Source: Chiloscyllium plagiosum (lineage: Eukaryota). Taken from it: a DNA stretch of 64,000 bases. The position numbers were made by a program, and so were the translations under genes. The stretch spans positions 98,220,813-98,284,812 of the forward strand of contig NC_057712.1 of NCBI RefSeq assembly GCF_004010195.1, written 5' to 3'. Positions 13,060 through 26,689 of this stretch are shown in pieces (position 1 is the stretch's first letter; each line of letters starts with the position of its first letter). The notes under the pieces were generated by a model. It was not told the origin of the DNA, did not search any database, and saw nothing but the letters and a program-made list of their open reading frames with translations.

Positions 13060-13585
13060 GGATCTCAAAGCTGACGAAGCCAATATCTCTGTCTCAGGCT
13101 TGCTGCAGTGCTCCAGTGAAACTCAGCATAAGCTGGAAGCACAGCACCTTATTTTCCACTGGGGAACTACTCAGCTTTCTGAACTCACTATCGAGTTCAA
13201 CAATTTTAGGGTGTGAGGCACCTTCTCCCATGTCCTTACCCCAACCCCACATGCCAGGCATTGTTATCACATGGTCTGCTATTACACACCACCCATTGTT
13301 AAACACTAAATTGTCCCCATTAGTAGCTATTCATTCTTCTAGGCCGATTGTTATCCACTGCTTTGTCGTTCAAACTGTTCTTCTCTATTTTAGGGCTTTA
13401 TCTCCACCTATCCCCTTACGCGTTTCCCCCAACCTATCTTCTGCATAAAAACCAACTTTTCCTAGCTACCATGAGTTCTGAGGAAGGATCACCGGACCTG
13501 AAACATGAACTCTGATTTCTCTCCACAGATGCTGCCAGACCTGCTTCTGATTTCCAGCATCCGCAGTTCTTCTGGTTTTTTTATT
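13060..13585 (+). mobile_element. PLE 3' fragment (GIY-YIG C-terminus plus terminal repeat with a degenerate hammerhead at 13473-13512)
   Basis: SVSGLLQCSSETQHKLEAQHLIFHWGTTQLSELTIEFNNF; GAGUU-CUGAGGA..GAAAC-AUG-AACUC (stem I intact, cleavage triplet altered). Confidence 0.8.
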
Positions 13586-14732
13586 GCCAAATAGTGAACA
13601 GTTTATTACTATGAAGATGTCATCGTGAAGAAATGCCTTACATTTTATCAAACTCACTTCATGCTGACTGACAACCAGCACTGCAAAAAGACTCATGTAG
13701 CTCACTTGGTTCGAATGGAATCAAGGACAGAAGTAAAATAGCAGTGTGCCCATCTGTTACAAACTTCCATGAAAGCATGATGCAGGGCTGACAGTCTGCC
13801 AATAAAATTATGATTAGCCAGCAGAAATTTATTTGCAATGGAGGATAACAATATTTACTGCCTACCACTGAGTAATGAGACAGGCTGATATCAAACAAAG
13901 CTTGCCACAAAGCTCAGTAGGGTTGGGAAGAAGATTGTAAGTATGGAAGTAGGCACAATGTTGAACCTCCAACATGAGAGCCGGGTGTTCAATTGCCTTT
14001 TCTTGATTAACCCCGAAGACAATCCTAACTATTTAAAAGCAGAGCTGTCCAAATTTAAGTGGCAATTTCCTTACAGGTTTAATGAAGAGCTCTGGATTAA
14101 CAGCTCGGAAGAGACTGGTGGTTCGGATTCCTCTCAATCCTGGACTTTTGTAACCAGCACTCTTCGGGGGCTCTGTCTTGGCATCAGTCGGATCGGGTGA
14201 AGATGACATAGCTTACAACTGTCCAATTTATGAACCTGAGCACAAATATGGTAAACGTCGTTAAGGTAACAGATTATCCCCAAGATGCTTCATGGGAACA
14301 TTATAAAATAAATTATGACATTGAGCTATATAAGATCATTATCATTCAAATAACCAAAAGCTTCATCGAAAAAATAAGTAATAAGGAGTGTTTTCAAGGA
14401 AGAAACTGAGGTGGAAAGGATTACAAAAAGAATTCCAAAGGTCGCTGAAGGTGTGGCCATCACTGGTGGACTGGTTCAAATTGGAGACAGACACGAAGTC
14501 AGAACCAGAGGAGCATAGATATCCTGCAGAAGCGTGTGGTCAGAGGAAATTAGAAATAGGAATGGAAGCAGTCATGGAGAGATTTGAAAGAAGGATGAGA
14601 ATTTTAAGATCAAGATGATGCTTTATTGGGAGTCAATATGAGTACAAGGATGAACAGGATTTGGTGCAAGTTAGGAGATGGGCAGGAGGGTTTGGATGAC
14701 CTCGGGTTTAGAGTGGGTTGAATGGATGAATG

Positions 14733-15060
14733 GGAGGGTGGCTCAGTGGTTAGCATTGTCGCCTCACAAAGTCAGCGACACAGGTTTAATTCCAGCCTTG
14801 AGTCACTGACTGTGTGGAGTTTACACATTCTCACTGTGTCTGTGTGGGTCTCCTCCCACAGTTCAAAGATGTGCAGGTTAGTTTGACTGACCATGTTAAA
14901 TTGCCCATACTGTTGATGGATGTGTAGGTTAGGTGAATTTTTCATGAGAAATGCAGTGATACAGGAATATGGTCAGGAGGCGGGTGTGGGTGGGATGCTC
15001 TTTGAAAGGTTAAGTGCAGACCCAATGGGCCAAATTGGCTTCCAAATTCCAGGGATTCCA
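14733..15060 (+). mobile_element. HE1-type SINE (diverged)
   Basis: GGTGGCTCAGTGGTTAGCA head and V-SINE body. Confidence 0.8.
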
Positions 15061-16559
15061 AGAATGCGGGAGACCTACCCGGTGTATGTTGGAATAGTTA
15101 AGTCTAAAGGAGGCAAAGTGATGCGTGGGAGTTTCAGCAGCAGCTGAGCTGAGCTGAGATGGGGCAGTGTTACAGAGGTGCATCATTGCAGGGTGAAAAG
15201 TGACAAAGGCTGCAAACAAACTGGCTCAATGTCAGCCTGATGCCCCAGAGAGGGATGAAGTGAGTAAAAGTTCTATGCAGATGGAGCTGAAGGGGTCTGA
15301 TGGCAGCTATTTAGAGAAGGAGGGCACTAAACTAACATTTTCTGCTCATTGTAACATAATCCAACACTGTTCACTCCAAACATTAAAATAAAGGTCAAAT
15401 CAATAACACAGAAATAGCTGCAAACACATCAAGGGAAACGAGTCGATAATGACCTTTCTGAAAGTCGCGTATACTGAAGTGACAGTATAATAGTAGTATA
15501 AGTACTCTTCTAAGATAGATTCGTTTGCAATACACTCGACAGCAATCAATCGAGTGCATCAAAGCATATCCTCCCCTGAGAGTTGAGTTATAAAAATAAT
15601 GATTTTAAATAATCATCATTATCCTGAATATTTGCAGGGTCAATGCTCCCTGTAAGGTTTATTCCTTGCTTGCCTGCTTACACATCAGCCTGACATTTGC
15701 AGTCAATGTAACAAACCTCACTCTGTCTCAGCAGAAACACAACAATCTACTGCCCAGCTTCTTCCCGCCGACAAGCTGCACCAAAATCAGGCTGAACCTG
15801 CACTTTATCCTTCTACATGACTGCCAGCGCCGCCGTATGCTTGGAGGATACCATAACAAATAAACTAAACTATCTCATTCCCCCCAGACTACTGTACCTG
15901 CAAGTTCAGAGAAAGCCCTGCCTGGATGACTCATCCAATTTATTTTCACCTCGGAAATTATGGTGATGATAAGACATAACATTAATTAGTAGCCAAGCTA
16001 CTCAAATCCCTTTATCATTGCCAAAACATTCACTGAAAAACACCTTTCACTATGATTCCAGTTGTGGTGCAGCTTTCGAGCTGATCTGTGCGTCTTCACA
16101 TGTACGTAGTTGTGACTTGGGCTACCACACCTCCCACTAATGCTGAATTGTCTAAGGCACACCCATTCCCACCCCTGCCACCAGGAAGTCACCCCATGAC
16201 ATTGTTTCACACATAATCCTACAATGTAAAATTCAAAACATTTGGTTCAAGTGTCATATCACTAAGTTTTCTCCCCAAGCTCCCCTTTCAAATTTTAAAG
16301 AAAGGTGCATTAAAAAAAAATATTTTTCATCTACTGCAATCATATGTTGGCCTCTGTAATTCTATTCTCCACAGAAACAAAACCTGATAGCTTGTATCTA
16401 CCTGCATTAAATTATTTTCTGTTGGGTGGGGGAGATTTATACTTAATTGGCTATAAAATAACTTCAGTTTCCAGTCAACCAGATTTATAGGGTTGTCCTG
16501 GTCAGGTCACTATTCATAACGAAGTAATTGAATTGATAGCACAATAAAATGTATATGGA

Positions 16560-17390
16560 TATTTTATAGGAAATAAATATGATCTGATAGCCATGCAGAG
16601 GTGTGGCTGCAGGACGATAAGCATTTGGTCCTGCATATAGGGGGGTACATGACACTCAAGAAAATTAGGAAGCTAGGGAAAGGTGGAGGGGTTGCACACT
16701 TAATGAAGGATGGCATTTGTATAATAGATATTACCTTGGTTCAGAAGATTGAGGTGTAGAATCAGTTTGGGTAGAAATGCAGGATTGTAGGGAACATAGG
16801 AGGAAGTGACCTGTAATTTGGGATTGCGTATACAAGAAGGAATATTGAGAACGTGTGATATGGGGATGGTAATAATCATGAGGCACTTTAACCTATATGT
16901 AAACTGGAAAAGTCAGATTGGCAGCAATAACCTGAACAAAGAGTTCATAGCATACATCCAAGTTTCTTACAGCGACACATTTTGGAACTGAACAAAGAGC
17001 AGGTTATATTTGACTTGGTATTGTGTAATATGATGGAATTAACTAATGGCCTTAGATCCCTTTTAGCAGCAACCACAATATAATTGCATTTTACATCTAG
17101 TACAAGTACTAGATATACTACTAATATTTTAAACTTAAACAAGGGCAACTATATGAAGGCTAAACTGGCTGAATTGAACTGGCATTTAAGAGTGGGGAAA
17201 GATCAATAGAGACCTAAATGCAATCAACTAAGGAAACATTTCAGAATGCTCAGAATATTTATAGGGAGCGTCCACCATCTGTTGTTAACTCAAGAAGTAA
17301 GGGAAAACATTAAACCCAAGGAAGAAAAATCATGTTATTCTGCAAAGATGAATGGCAAGCCAGATGATTTGTCAAAATATTAAAAAACTT
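16560..17390 (+). mobile_element. Decayed CR1 ORF2 endonuclease region
   Basis: GKGGGVAL, VESVWVE and IIM.HFNL remnants. Confidence 0.7.
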
Positions 17391-17427
17391 CATTGAGCAC
17401 CCTTGGCCTCCGAACTGTCCTGCTCAA

Positions 17428-17782
17428 CCCTTTATCCTACCCTTTATCATCCTTACCCAACCCTTGTTTCAGCTTGGCACTCCCAGCATCATAGAGTCAT
17501 AGAGATGTACAGCATGGAAACAGACTTTTCGGTCCAACTTGTCCGTGCCGACCAGATGTCCCAACCTAATATAGTCCCATTTATCAGCACCCGGCCCATA
17601 TCCCTCCGAACCCTTCCTATTCATATACCCATCCAGATGCCTTTTAAATGTTGCAATTATACCAGCCTCCACCGCTTTCTCTAGCAGCTCATTCCATACA
17701 TGCATCACCCTCTGCGTGACAAAGCTGCCCCTTAGGTGCCTTTTATTTCTTTCCCTCTCACCCTAAACCTTTGCCCTCTAGA
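17428..17782 (-). mobile_element. CR1/HER1-type LINE 3' tail
   Basis: (CATAGAGT)n tail and VWNEL.E..VEAG.IATFKRHLDGYMNRKG. Confidence 0.9.
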
Positions 17783-17989
17783 CCAATTACTGACTCCCAA
17801 CATGAGCTGCTTCGGCAGAGATTAATCTTTCTTCTGTCATACAGTTTCCTCTGCCTGTGCCTCTTGATCTTTTCTAAGGCCACCATGACCCAGCCTTATA
17901 CTGTAATTTCTTGTACTCATTTGACAAGCCAGCACCTGAGTTCATTGTAACAGCTCAAACATTTCCCTGCTGTTCTAACAAAATTCTTC

Positions 17990-19232
17990 ATTCAAGAGAA
18001 GTCATTCGTACTTGCTCCAAATCCACCAGCAAGATTCCCTGGAGATGCACCTATCCAGGCAAATGCGGAGTATTCCATCATACTCCTCACTCAAATATTG
18101 TTGGTGGTGCAAAAGCTAAGGGGAGTCAGGAGGTGAGTTATCCGCTGCAGTATTCTTAACCTCTGACCTGCTTTTGTATCCACTATGTTTATATGGCTAA
18201 TCCAGTTCTGATCGATTGTAACTCCCAAGATGTTGAAAATAGGGATTCAGTGATAGTAGTGCCATTGAATGTCAAAGGGTGTGGTTGGATCCATTCTTGT
18301 TGGAGAGCTCATTGACTGTCACTCATGCATCATGAATGCTATTTCCACTTCTCAGCCCCAACCTGGATAATGTCCAGGTCTTGCTGCACCTGGAATTGGA
18401 CTACTTTAGTATCTGAGGAGTTGTGACTGGTGCTGAACCTTGTGTGGTCACCAATGAACATCCCCACCTCTGACCTTATGATGGAGGGAAGGTTATTGTT
18501 GAATCACCTGAAGATGGGTGAACCTGGGACATTATCATGAGGAGCTCCTGCAGAGAAGTCCTGGAGCTGAGATTTCTAACCTCAAGCAACCACAACCATC
18601 TTCCTTTGTGTTCAATATTACTCCTGCCAGCAGAAGGTTTTCTCCTGATACCCATTGACTCCGGTTTTGCTGGGGCTCCACAATGCCACACGCAGTCAGC
18701 TGTGGCATTGGTGTCTTAGGCAGTCACTCATTTGTCTGTAGTATAGAATCCCGACAGTGTGGAAACAGGCCATTAGGCCCAAAAAGTCCACACCAACCCT
18801 CCAAAAAGTAACCCACCCAGATCCGTTCCCCTAACCTATTACATTACATTTACCCTAACTAATGCACCTAACCCACACATGCCTGAACATTATGGACAAT
18901 TCAGCATGACTAATTCACCTTAGCTGCATATCTTTTTACTGTGGGAGGAAACCAGAGCACGCAGAGAAAACCCATGCAGACAAGGGAAAATGTGCAAACT
19001 CCACACAGACAGTCGCCCGAGGCTGGAATCAAACCTGGCATTCCTGGTATTGTGAGGCAGCAGTGCAAACCACTGAGCCACCATGCTGCTGCTATGTTTG
19101 GAGCAAGGCTGAAATGAGGTCAGGAGTGGGGTGGTCCTGGTAGAATCCAAATTGGGTATCAGTGAGCAGGTTACTGCTAAACAAGTGCTGCTTGATAGTA
19201 CTGTTGATGGCACATTCCAATACCTTAGTGAT
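17990..19232 (-). mobile_element. CR1/L2-group LINE RT fragment interrupted by an HE1 SINE (18742-19088)
   Basis: Degraded RT remnants on the minus strand on both sides of a recognisable HE1 copy. Confidence 0.7.
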
Positions 19233-20416
19233 GGGAATTTTGTAGCGATTTACTGCATTCCTCAGCACTGAGTATTACATTCGTGCTATCATTGTATGAG
19301 GTAACAAGAAGCCTGTAGCTTTAAGGCTTGTTTGAGAATCTGCCAAACAATTACTGTGCTTGACTACTAACTTTTTTTATTGTTATGTATCAACTTGCAC
19401 AGAATAAAATGATCTATAAAGTAAATGTTTGTGTGTTACTATGATGTGGGAGTAAATGAGAATCATTTCAGGGTTTGACCTCTCCTGGATGAGTCATCTT
19501 GTTCTGGTTAAAGGGCGGAACATTCCTGGACCCATTTTCCATAAGACTGCACAAATATTTTATCATTCAAACTCATTTGTTAAGTTTAGGTCTTTGAATG
19601 CCTGCATTAAGGTATAATATTAAATTCATTTTTGACGACAGAGTGAAATTAAAGCAACATTCAAGGCACCAATCAAAATAAAAGTAAATGGATGAATCGG
19701 TAAGAAGGACTCAAAATGCACAATTATATATAGCCAAGAAATGTAAATTGTAATTGAAAAAGTATAAACAGACAAAAAAGTGGACATAAGGATTAATAAG
19801 GATTAATAATGTCATCCCACAAATTTCCAGATGCCAGTTGTGATTCCATGTTTTGCCCAACTTCAAATGTCCAAACCACTGAAAGTGCCATTTTCAATTA
19901 TTTTATTCAACAGCCACACTTTTGCTTTGAAATTCGCTTCATGGGGAGGCCCAATCAATGAGGCGAGGAATTTCTAACATATAGCTTCCTCAATAGATGA
20001 ATATAGAATAGGATAGGAAACATAACCAAACAGATTAGCTTTCTGTTTGTGTTCTTTTTTGGAAGTACCCAATCTCAACCATCACCTTACTGTGTTCCAC
20101 CGATGAAAAGTGTGTCAGTGTGAATGTTGGACGACGGGGTTGATAAAGCTGCAGTAACTGCAATGGTCAGATAGCATGCTTACTATCAACGCTTATGCAT
20201 GGGGAAGGAACACTTGAGGAAATTAATTGTCCTTGTCTCAGTCATTATCTTATGGAATGGGTGAATATAAGATAATTAGAGGTTGAAAGTGAGAACAAAA
20301 TATTATTGATTTCAAAGCTGCATTGGAACAGCTATTTTTCTTGAATAGCTTTGTAAATGCTATTCAAGACTGCAATATTAGCATAATGTTCCAATGACAC
20401 TGAGGTTGATTCGTAC

Positions 20417-20451
20417 CTGATGTCATCCATCAATAGAACCTCTTTCATCAC
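20417..20451 (-). CDS. Candidate upstream micro-exon (V)MKEVLLMDDI(R) of the C6orf163-like gene
   Basis: CTCACCTTTCAG| acceptor and CAG|GTACGA donor; phase-2 end matches the 2890 exon start; would require a ~17.5-kb intron. Confidence 0.3.
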
Positions 20452-20920
20452 CTGAAAGGTGAGTAAATAGCCCATGTGTGTTTTAAAATGAAAAGGAAGG
20501 TAACTGATACATATCATTTCAAAATTATATCACATATTAAAATTACCATCTGGATTTTATATAATGGTCACAAAGACTGAAGCTGTTGTTAATTTGGAAA
20601 AAAAAACTATTTGAGATAAGCACTTTTTAAATTTTGCAATCACTCTGACTGGAACAGAGTGCAATATAGCAAAAATGTAATGGATATATTCAACACCTGT
20701 CATTCAAGAACATTGGTCAATTGAAGCGTGAGTTGCAGTTATAGGCAATTGTCATCAATACTCTGAATTATAAAGCCTCACTGGGAGCAGGGAAGTGTTG
20801 ACTTCAGTCTATATTTAGAATATGCAACTACTATACAGTCACTTCATTTGTTATAATTTCTAAAGGGTTAGAATACATAGAATACAAGGGCAAGGGTGGT
20901 ACTGCTGAGACTGTATAAGG

Positions 20921-21017
20921 GCTGAAAAATGCGTTGCTGGAAAAGCGCAGCAGGTCAGGCAGCATCTAAGGAGCAGGAGAATCGACGTTTCGGGCATAAG
21001 CCCTTCTTCAGGAAAAA
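20921..21017 (-). mobile_element. Short PLE terminal-repeat insertion with an intact hammerhead core, inside a CR1 fragment
   Basis: 16-bp TSD CTGAGACTGT(A/G)TAAGG at 20905-20920 and 21018-21033; minus strand CUGAAGA-A-GGGC-UUAU-GCCC-GAAA-CG-UC. Confidence 0.8.
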
Positions 21018-21524
21018 CTGAGACTGTGTAAGGCTCTAGTTAAACTGTTTTTGGAATATTGTGAACAATATTGGCCTTGTGTCTAAGGAAGGATGTGCTG
21101 ACCTCTGAAAGGGTCCAGAGGAGGCTCACAAGAATTATCCCAGGGCTGAAGGGCTTGTCAAATGAGGAATGGTGAATGTTATGACACTTTTAAGTGTTCA
21201 TCCAAATACTTTACAAAGGTTCTGAGGTTTCCTACTTCAACTACCTTCCCACGCAGTACGTTTCAGATCCCCAACCACCTTGTGAGTGAAAAAAGCCTTT
21301 TGAGAAAGCCCTCTAAACCTCTTGCCTTTAACTTTAAACTTCTTCTTGATTCTCTGAACTCAGGGGAGCAGCTGTTTTCTATCCACCCTGTCCCTGCCCT
21401 TTGTAAGTTTATACAATCCTGTCAGGTTCTCCCCTCAGCCTTGACTGTTCCAAAGAAAACAGCCTAAGCCTATCCAACCCCTCTTCATGGCTGAAATGCT
21501 CCATCCCAGGCACCATCCTGGTGA

Positions 21525-21740
21525 AACCCAAAATAATTGCCGATTGCTGTAAATCACAGAAACAAAAACAGAAGTTGCTGGGAAAGCTCAGCCGGTCTGG
21601 CAGCATCTGTGAAGAGAAATCAAAGTTCACATTTTGGGTCTGGTGAGGTAGGATCACTGGACCTGAAACATTAACTCTGATTTCTCTTCAGAGATGCTAC
21701 CAGACCTGCCAAGCATTCCCAGTAACTTCTGTTTTCATAA
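21525..21740. mobile_element. Fold-back PLE-derived short element inserted in a CR1 tail (CR1 ~21190-21990, minus)
   Basis: Inverted arms of ~85 bp; 11-bp TSD CATCCTGGTGA at 21514-21524 and 21741-21751. Confidence 0.8.
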
Positions 21741-22021
21741 CATCCTGGTGAGTCTCCTTTGCACACACTCCAGTGCAACCATATGCTTCCTCTAATGTAG
21801 TGACCAGAACTGGACACGGTACTCCAGCTGTGGCCTAACTAGAGTTCAATACAGCTCCAACATAACCTTCCTGCTCTTATAATCTGTATTATGACTGATA
21901 AAAGCAATCATCCCATAAACCTCTTTAGCTAACCCATTCACTCATCCATTCACATTCAGGGAGCTGTGGACAAACACCCCAAGATCCCTATATGATTATG
22001 TTGAATGTTGTCATGATTGAA

Positions 22022-22535
22022 TAGAGTCAAAGAGTCATAGAGTTCTATAGCCTTGAAAACAAGCCCTGCAGCCCATCTTGATATTGCCACCCAGTTTTCA
22101 CAATTTAAACTAGCTCCATTTACCTGCATTTTGTCCATATCCATCCACACCTATTCCATCCATGTACACATTTAAACATTTCTTGAATAAAAAATTGTAC
22201 TCACTTCCACCACTACCTCTAGCAGCCTGTTCCAGACACTCACCAGCCTCTGTGTGAAAAAATTGCCCTTCTCGACCCTTTTGTATTTCTCTCCTCTCAC
22301 TTTAAACCTCTGCCCTCCAGTTTTAGACACCCTTACTGTGGGGAAAAGCTCTTGACTATCTATCTTATCTATTCCTCTCATGATTTTATAGACATCTATA
22401 AAGTCATCCTTCCGTCTTCACACTACAGGAAATAAAGTTCCAGCCTATCCAACCTCTCCTTATAACTCAAACCTTCCAGTCTAGGTAGCATTGTAGCAAA
22501 TCTTTTCTGTGCTCTTTCTAGTTTAATAATATATT
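22022..22535 (-). mobile_element. CR1 LINE 3' end
   Basis: ORFs 22172-22381 and 22423-22620 encode CR1 C-terminal motifs. Confidence 0.9.
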
Positions 22536-22850
22536 GAGAGAGCATCAGATGTTGTGAAGGCTTCCAACAGTTTGTAACCTTAATGTTAACTATACAACAG
22601 GAGAGACATAAAAAGGTCAAACCCAGTAAACTCCATTTGCAGTTGGAATTAAAAAGAGGATGTTGGCCTCAGCAGCACCAAAACATTTTCAGTCAATGAA
22701 AAGTGACTTCCTGTGACTCAGTTCCACTGAAAGTGGATGGTAAATAAGCCTTGCCTGGATGGCTGTAGGCAATGATGCTAAGCTGTAAGATGGTGAAGAC
22801 AATGCTCCTTCTGATGAATAGATCTTCATTACATCCCATCACATACACTT

Positions 22851-23605
22851 GTTGCATACTCCACTTGTCCAGATCCTCTATCTAAACCTGTCGCCTATTT
22901 TCTAAGGATTTGTATCCCTCTGCTCCCTGCCCATTCATGTATCTGCCTGGAGACATCTTAAATGATGCAATTGTTCCCTCCCCTACCACCTCCACTGGCA
23001 ATGTGTTCCAGGCCCCCATCACCTTCTGCGTGAGGAACTTTCCATGTATATCTCCCCTAAACATTTCCCCTCTCACTTTGAACTCATAACCCCTAATAAT
23101 TGAGTCCTCCACTCTGGGAAAGAGTTTCTTGCTATCCACCCTATCTACACCTCTCATGATTTTGTAGGCTTCAATCAGGTTCCCCCCAAACCTCTGTCTT
23201 TTTAAGGAAAATAATCCTAATCTATTCAGTTGCATACTCCACTTGTCCAGATCCTCTATCTAAACCTGTCGCCTATTTTCTAAGGATTTGTATCCCTCTG
23301 CTCCCTGCCCATTCATGTATCTGCCTGGAGACATCTTAAATGATGCAATTGTTCCCTCCCCTACCACCTCCACTGGCAATGTGTTCCAGGCCCCCATCAC
23401 CTTATGCATGAGGAACTTTCCATGTATATCTCCCCTAAACATTTCCCCTCTCACTTTGAATTCATGACCCCTAATAATTGAGTCCTCCACTCTGGGAAAG
23501 AGTTTCTTGCTATCCACCCTATCTACACCTCTCATGATTTTGTAGGCTTCAATCAGGTCCCCCCAAACCTCTGTCTTTTTAAGGAAAATAATCCTAATCT
23601 ATTCA
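22851..23605. repeat. Direct tandem duplication of a ~378-bp unit (CR1 3' end)
   Basis: 22851-23228 and 23229-23605 are near-identical, with a few substitutions and one 1-nt indel. Confidence 0.95.
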
Positions 23606-24506
23606 ACCTCTCTTCATAGCTAACACCCTCCATACCAGGAAACATCCTGGTGAACCTCCTCTGCACCCTTTCCAAAGCATCCACATTCTTTTGGTAATGT
23701 GGCGAAATGAACTGTACGCAGTATTCCAAATGTGGCCGAACCAAAGTCTTGTACAACTGTAACATGACCTAACCAACTCTTGCTCCCATCCGATGAAGGA
23801 AAGCATACCGTATGCCTTCTTGACCACTCCACTGATCTGCATTGCCACCTTCAGGGAACAATGGGCTTGAACACCCAGATCTCTGTGTACCTCAATTTTC
23901 CCCAGGATGTTTCCATTTACTTTTAGTTCGCTCTTAAACTGCATCTTCTAAACTGCGTCACCTCGTACTTGTCCGGATTGAGCTCCATCTGAACTTTCTC
24001 TGTCCAACTCTCCAATCTATCTATATTCTGCTGTATTCTCTGACAGTCCCCTTCACTATCTGCTACTCCATCAATCTTAGTGTCATCTGCAAACTTGCTA
24101 ATGAGTCAACCTACACCTTCCACCAAATCATTTATGTGTATCACAAACAGCAGTAGTCCCAGCATAGATCCCTGTGAGACACCACTGGTCACAAGTCTCC
24201 ATATTGAGAAGTTTCCTTCCACTACTACTCTCTGTCTCTTGTTGCCAAACCATTCTCTATCCATCTAGCTAGAACACCCTAGACCCCATGTGATTTCACC
24301 TTCTTCATCAACCTACCATGGGGAACCTTATCAAACGCCTTACTAAAGTCCATGTATATGACATCTACATCCCTTCCCTCATCAATCAAGTTTGTCACCT
24401 CTTCAAAGAATTTGATTAGGCTTGTAAGACATGATCTTCCCTTCACAAAACCATGCTGCCTATCACTGATAAGCCCATTTTCTTCCAAAAGGGTATGTAT
24501 CCTATC

Positions 24507-25000
24507 TGAAAATGTGTTGCTGGAAAAGCGCAGCAGGAAGTGGGAGGATTGGAAAGAGAAGTTGTTCAGGGTGAGGACCAGTTCAGTCAGTCGAAGGAGG
24601 GTGTCAGTGGAAGGGTACTGGTTGGTACGGCGGGAAAGGAAGAAGCGGAGGGCTTTGAGTCCTTCGTGATGGGGGATGGAGGTGTACAGGGACTGGATGT
24701 CCATGGTGAAGATAAGGCGTTGGGGAACGGGGAAGCGAAAATCATGGAGGAGGTGGAGGGCATGGGTGGTGTCCCGAACGTAGGTCGGGAGTTCTTCGAC
24801 TAAGGGGGACAGGACCGTGTCAAGGTATGCGGAGATGAGTTCGGTGAGGCAGGAGCAGGCGGATTCAATGGGTCCTGAAGAAGGGCTTATGCCCGAAACG
24901 TCGATTCTCCTGTTCCCTGGATGCTGCCTGACCTGCTGCGCTTTTCCAGCAACACATTTTCAGCTCTGATCTCCAGCATCTGCAGACCCCACTTTCTTCT
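24507..25000. mobile_element. Rearranged PLE insertion: short inverted end, RT fragment (minus) and terminal repeat with hammerhead (plus)
   Basis: 13-bp TSD TATGTATCCTATC at 24494-24506 and 25001-25013; RT motif MDIQSLYTSIPH. Confidence 0.88.
24870..24907 (+). ncRNA. Minimal type-I hammerhead ribozyme motif
   Basis: GGGUC-CUGAAGA-A-GGGC-UUAU-GCCC-GAAA-CG-UC/GAUUC: intact core, 5-bp stem I (two G-U), GUC triplet. Confidence 0.7.
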
Positions 25001-26689
25001 TATGTATCCTATCCCCTAGTATCTTCTGCAGTAGCTTCGCTATCACTGACATCAGGTTTACAGGTCTGTAACTACCTGGATTATTCCTGCTACCCTTCTG
25101 AAACAAGGGGACAACATTAGCAATTCTCCAGTCCTCTGGGACCTCACCCGTGTTCAGAGACTGTACTGTATTGAACCACCAGACAAAGTGTGATGTTGAG
25201 GAGACATTTTATGGCTCAGGTTGGCCACATTGGAAGACTTAGTTGCATTGCAGATACACTGGGCATCATGACATGTTGGTCTTACCCCTACCTCTACACA
25301 GAGTAAAGCACCACTGTCCTGCTCCCATCTGCATGACATTTCATGAAAGATCAATGACTGTGGATCTCCAGCACTTTTTCCGCATCTTGAGGGTAACCTT
25401 GGCTGGGAAATCTGCACTTGGAGACAACTCTACATCCACTGAAGGTTGGTGCTGGTCCTGAGCTGGTGCATGTGTTCCTCACAAATTCTGGTTGATACCC
25501 ATAGCGTGGCAAACACAGAGACAATATCAGCTTCTGTGCTGGATCTATTGGGAATGGTTCCAGTGAGCCTTTGTGGACAATTCAGAAACAAAGCAGTTCC
25601 TCGATAATTTGATCATTCAGCAGTCACAGACATTGTCCTACAAACAATGGGACATGGATACCTCCAACAAAGAGGCCAGTGTGATGCCTCTACATGGACC
25701 TTTTATATCAGAGACCTGATTCAGAAGTAAGTGATGCAAGCTGTGTGGCACATATGCAGAAGGAGTGGTAAACGAAATAGGAACTTTTTCCCCTCCCTCA
25801 CCCATACATCACCCAAGAAAGGTAGCATGCAAAATAGGCTAAATATGTACACATTTTGTGCACCAAGGTGTGAGGGGGAACAGTTACTGGACCCTGTGCA
25901 GGCTATAAGACCTTGGAATGTTATTGCAAACTGTTGAACTGAGGGAGTATTTGCTTGATATTTATTGTGTTTCACCAGTACCGGGATTAATTGATAATGT
26001 TCAATGACATGGTCCTTTTGGTATGAAAGCAGCATCCTGTTTTTTGGTAAACTGCGAATGTTGCTCCTGAATAGTAGCAGCATGGATCAGGCAGCACGGA
26101 ACAGGCATCTTCACCTGTTGCTCAAACTTTTGGGATCCCTTCTCTTTTTGGGGTAATCTGAGGTAGAAAGTAAAGATCCCCCCTAAAGTCAACAATGATG
26201 CTGGTCCTGGGGAATGACCACATTTGGATCTGTCCAATGAAAAGAAGTCTTGACTTTCCACTTTTTGTAGGAGAACTCAGAACCATTAGACATTGTGAAT
26301 GCCCATTGCCAATTAAGCTAATTGATTTTGTTAATAAATTACTTATTAATAAACTGCCAGTGTTAACTATCTGAAGCACAATGATCTCCATACTGTAGTT
26401 TTCGGTATTGTGTCTGCTGTTGGCTCGTGATCTGTGTACTACAAATAACATGAACCAGTGAACCTGTGAAGTAGCCCAATGACTCACAAGTTCCACTTTC
26501 TACGTTCTTCCTGCTTTGACAAAGAAGTGTAATGCTTTCTGTCTCCGGGTGTGTAACAATGATTAACTCAGAGATTTATACTTCCTTGGAGTGATCTAAT
26601 ACAGGAAAGATTTGTCATTTGCTGAAATCAATAATCAATGAGGCATAAAACTGAAAAAGGGATCATGCTGTAAGGTTGAGTGAAATAGG

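Larger units (their letters stand above)
22880..25155 (-). mobile_element. CR1 LINE ORF2 (RT to 3' end), interrupted by a PLE
   Basis: QHGFVKGRSCLTSLIKFFEEVT, YMDFSKAFDKVPH, LYKTLVRPHLEYCVQF. Confidence 0.92.
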
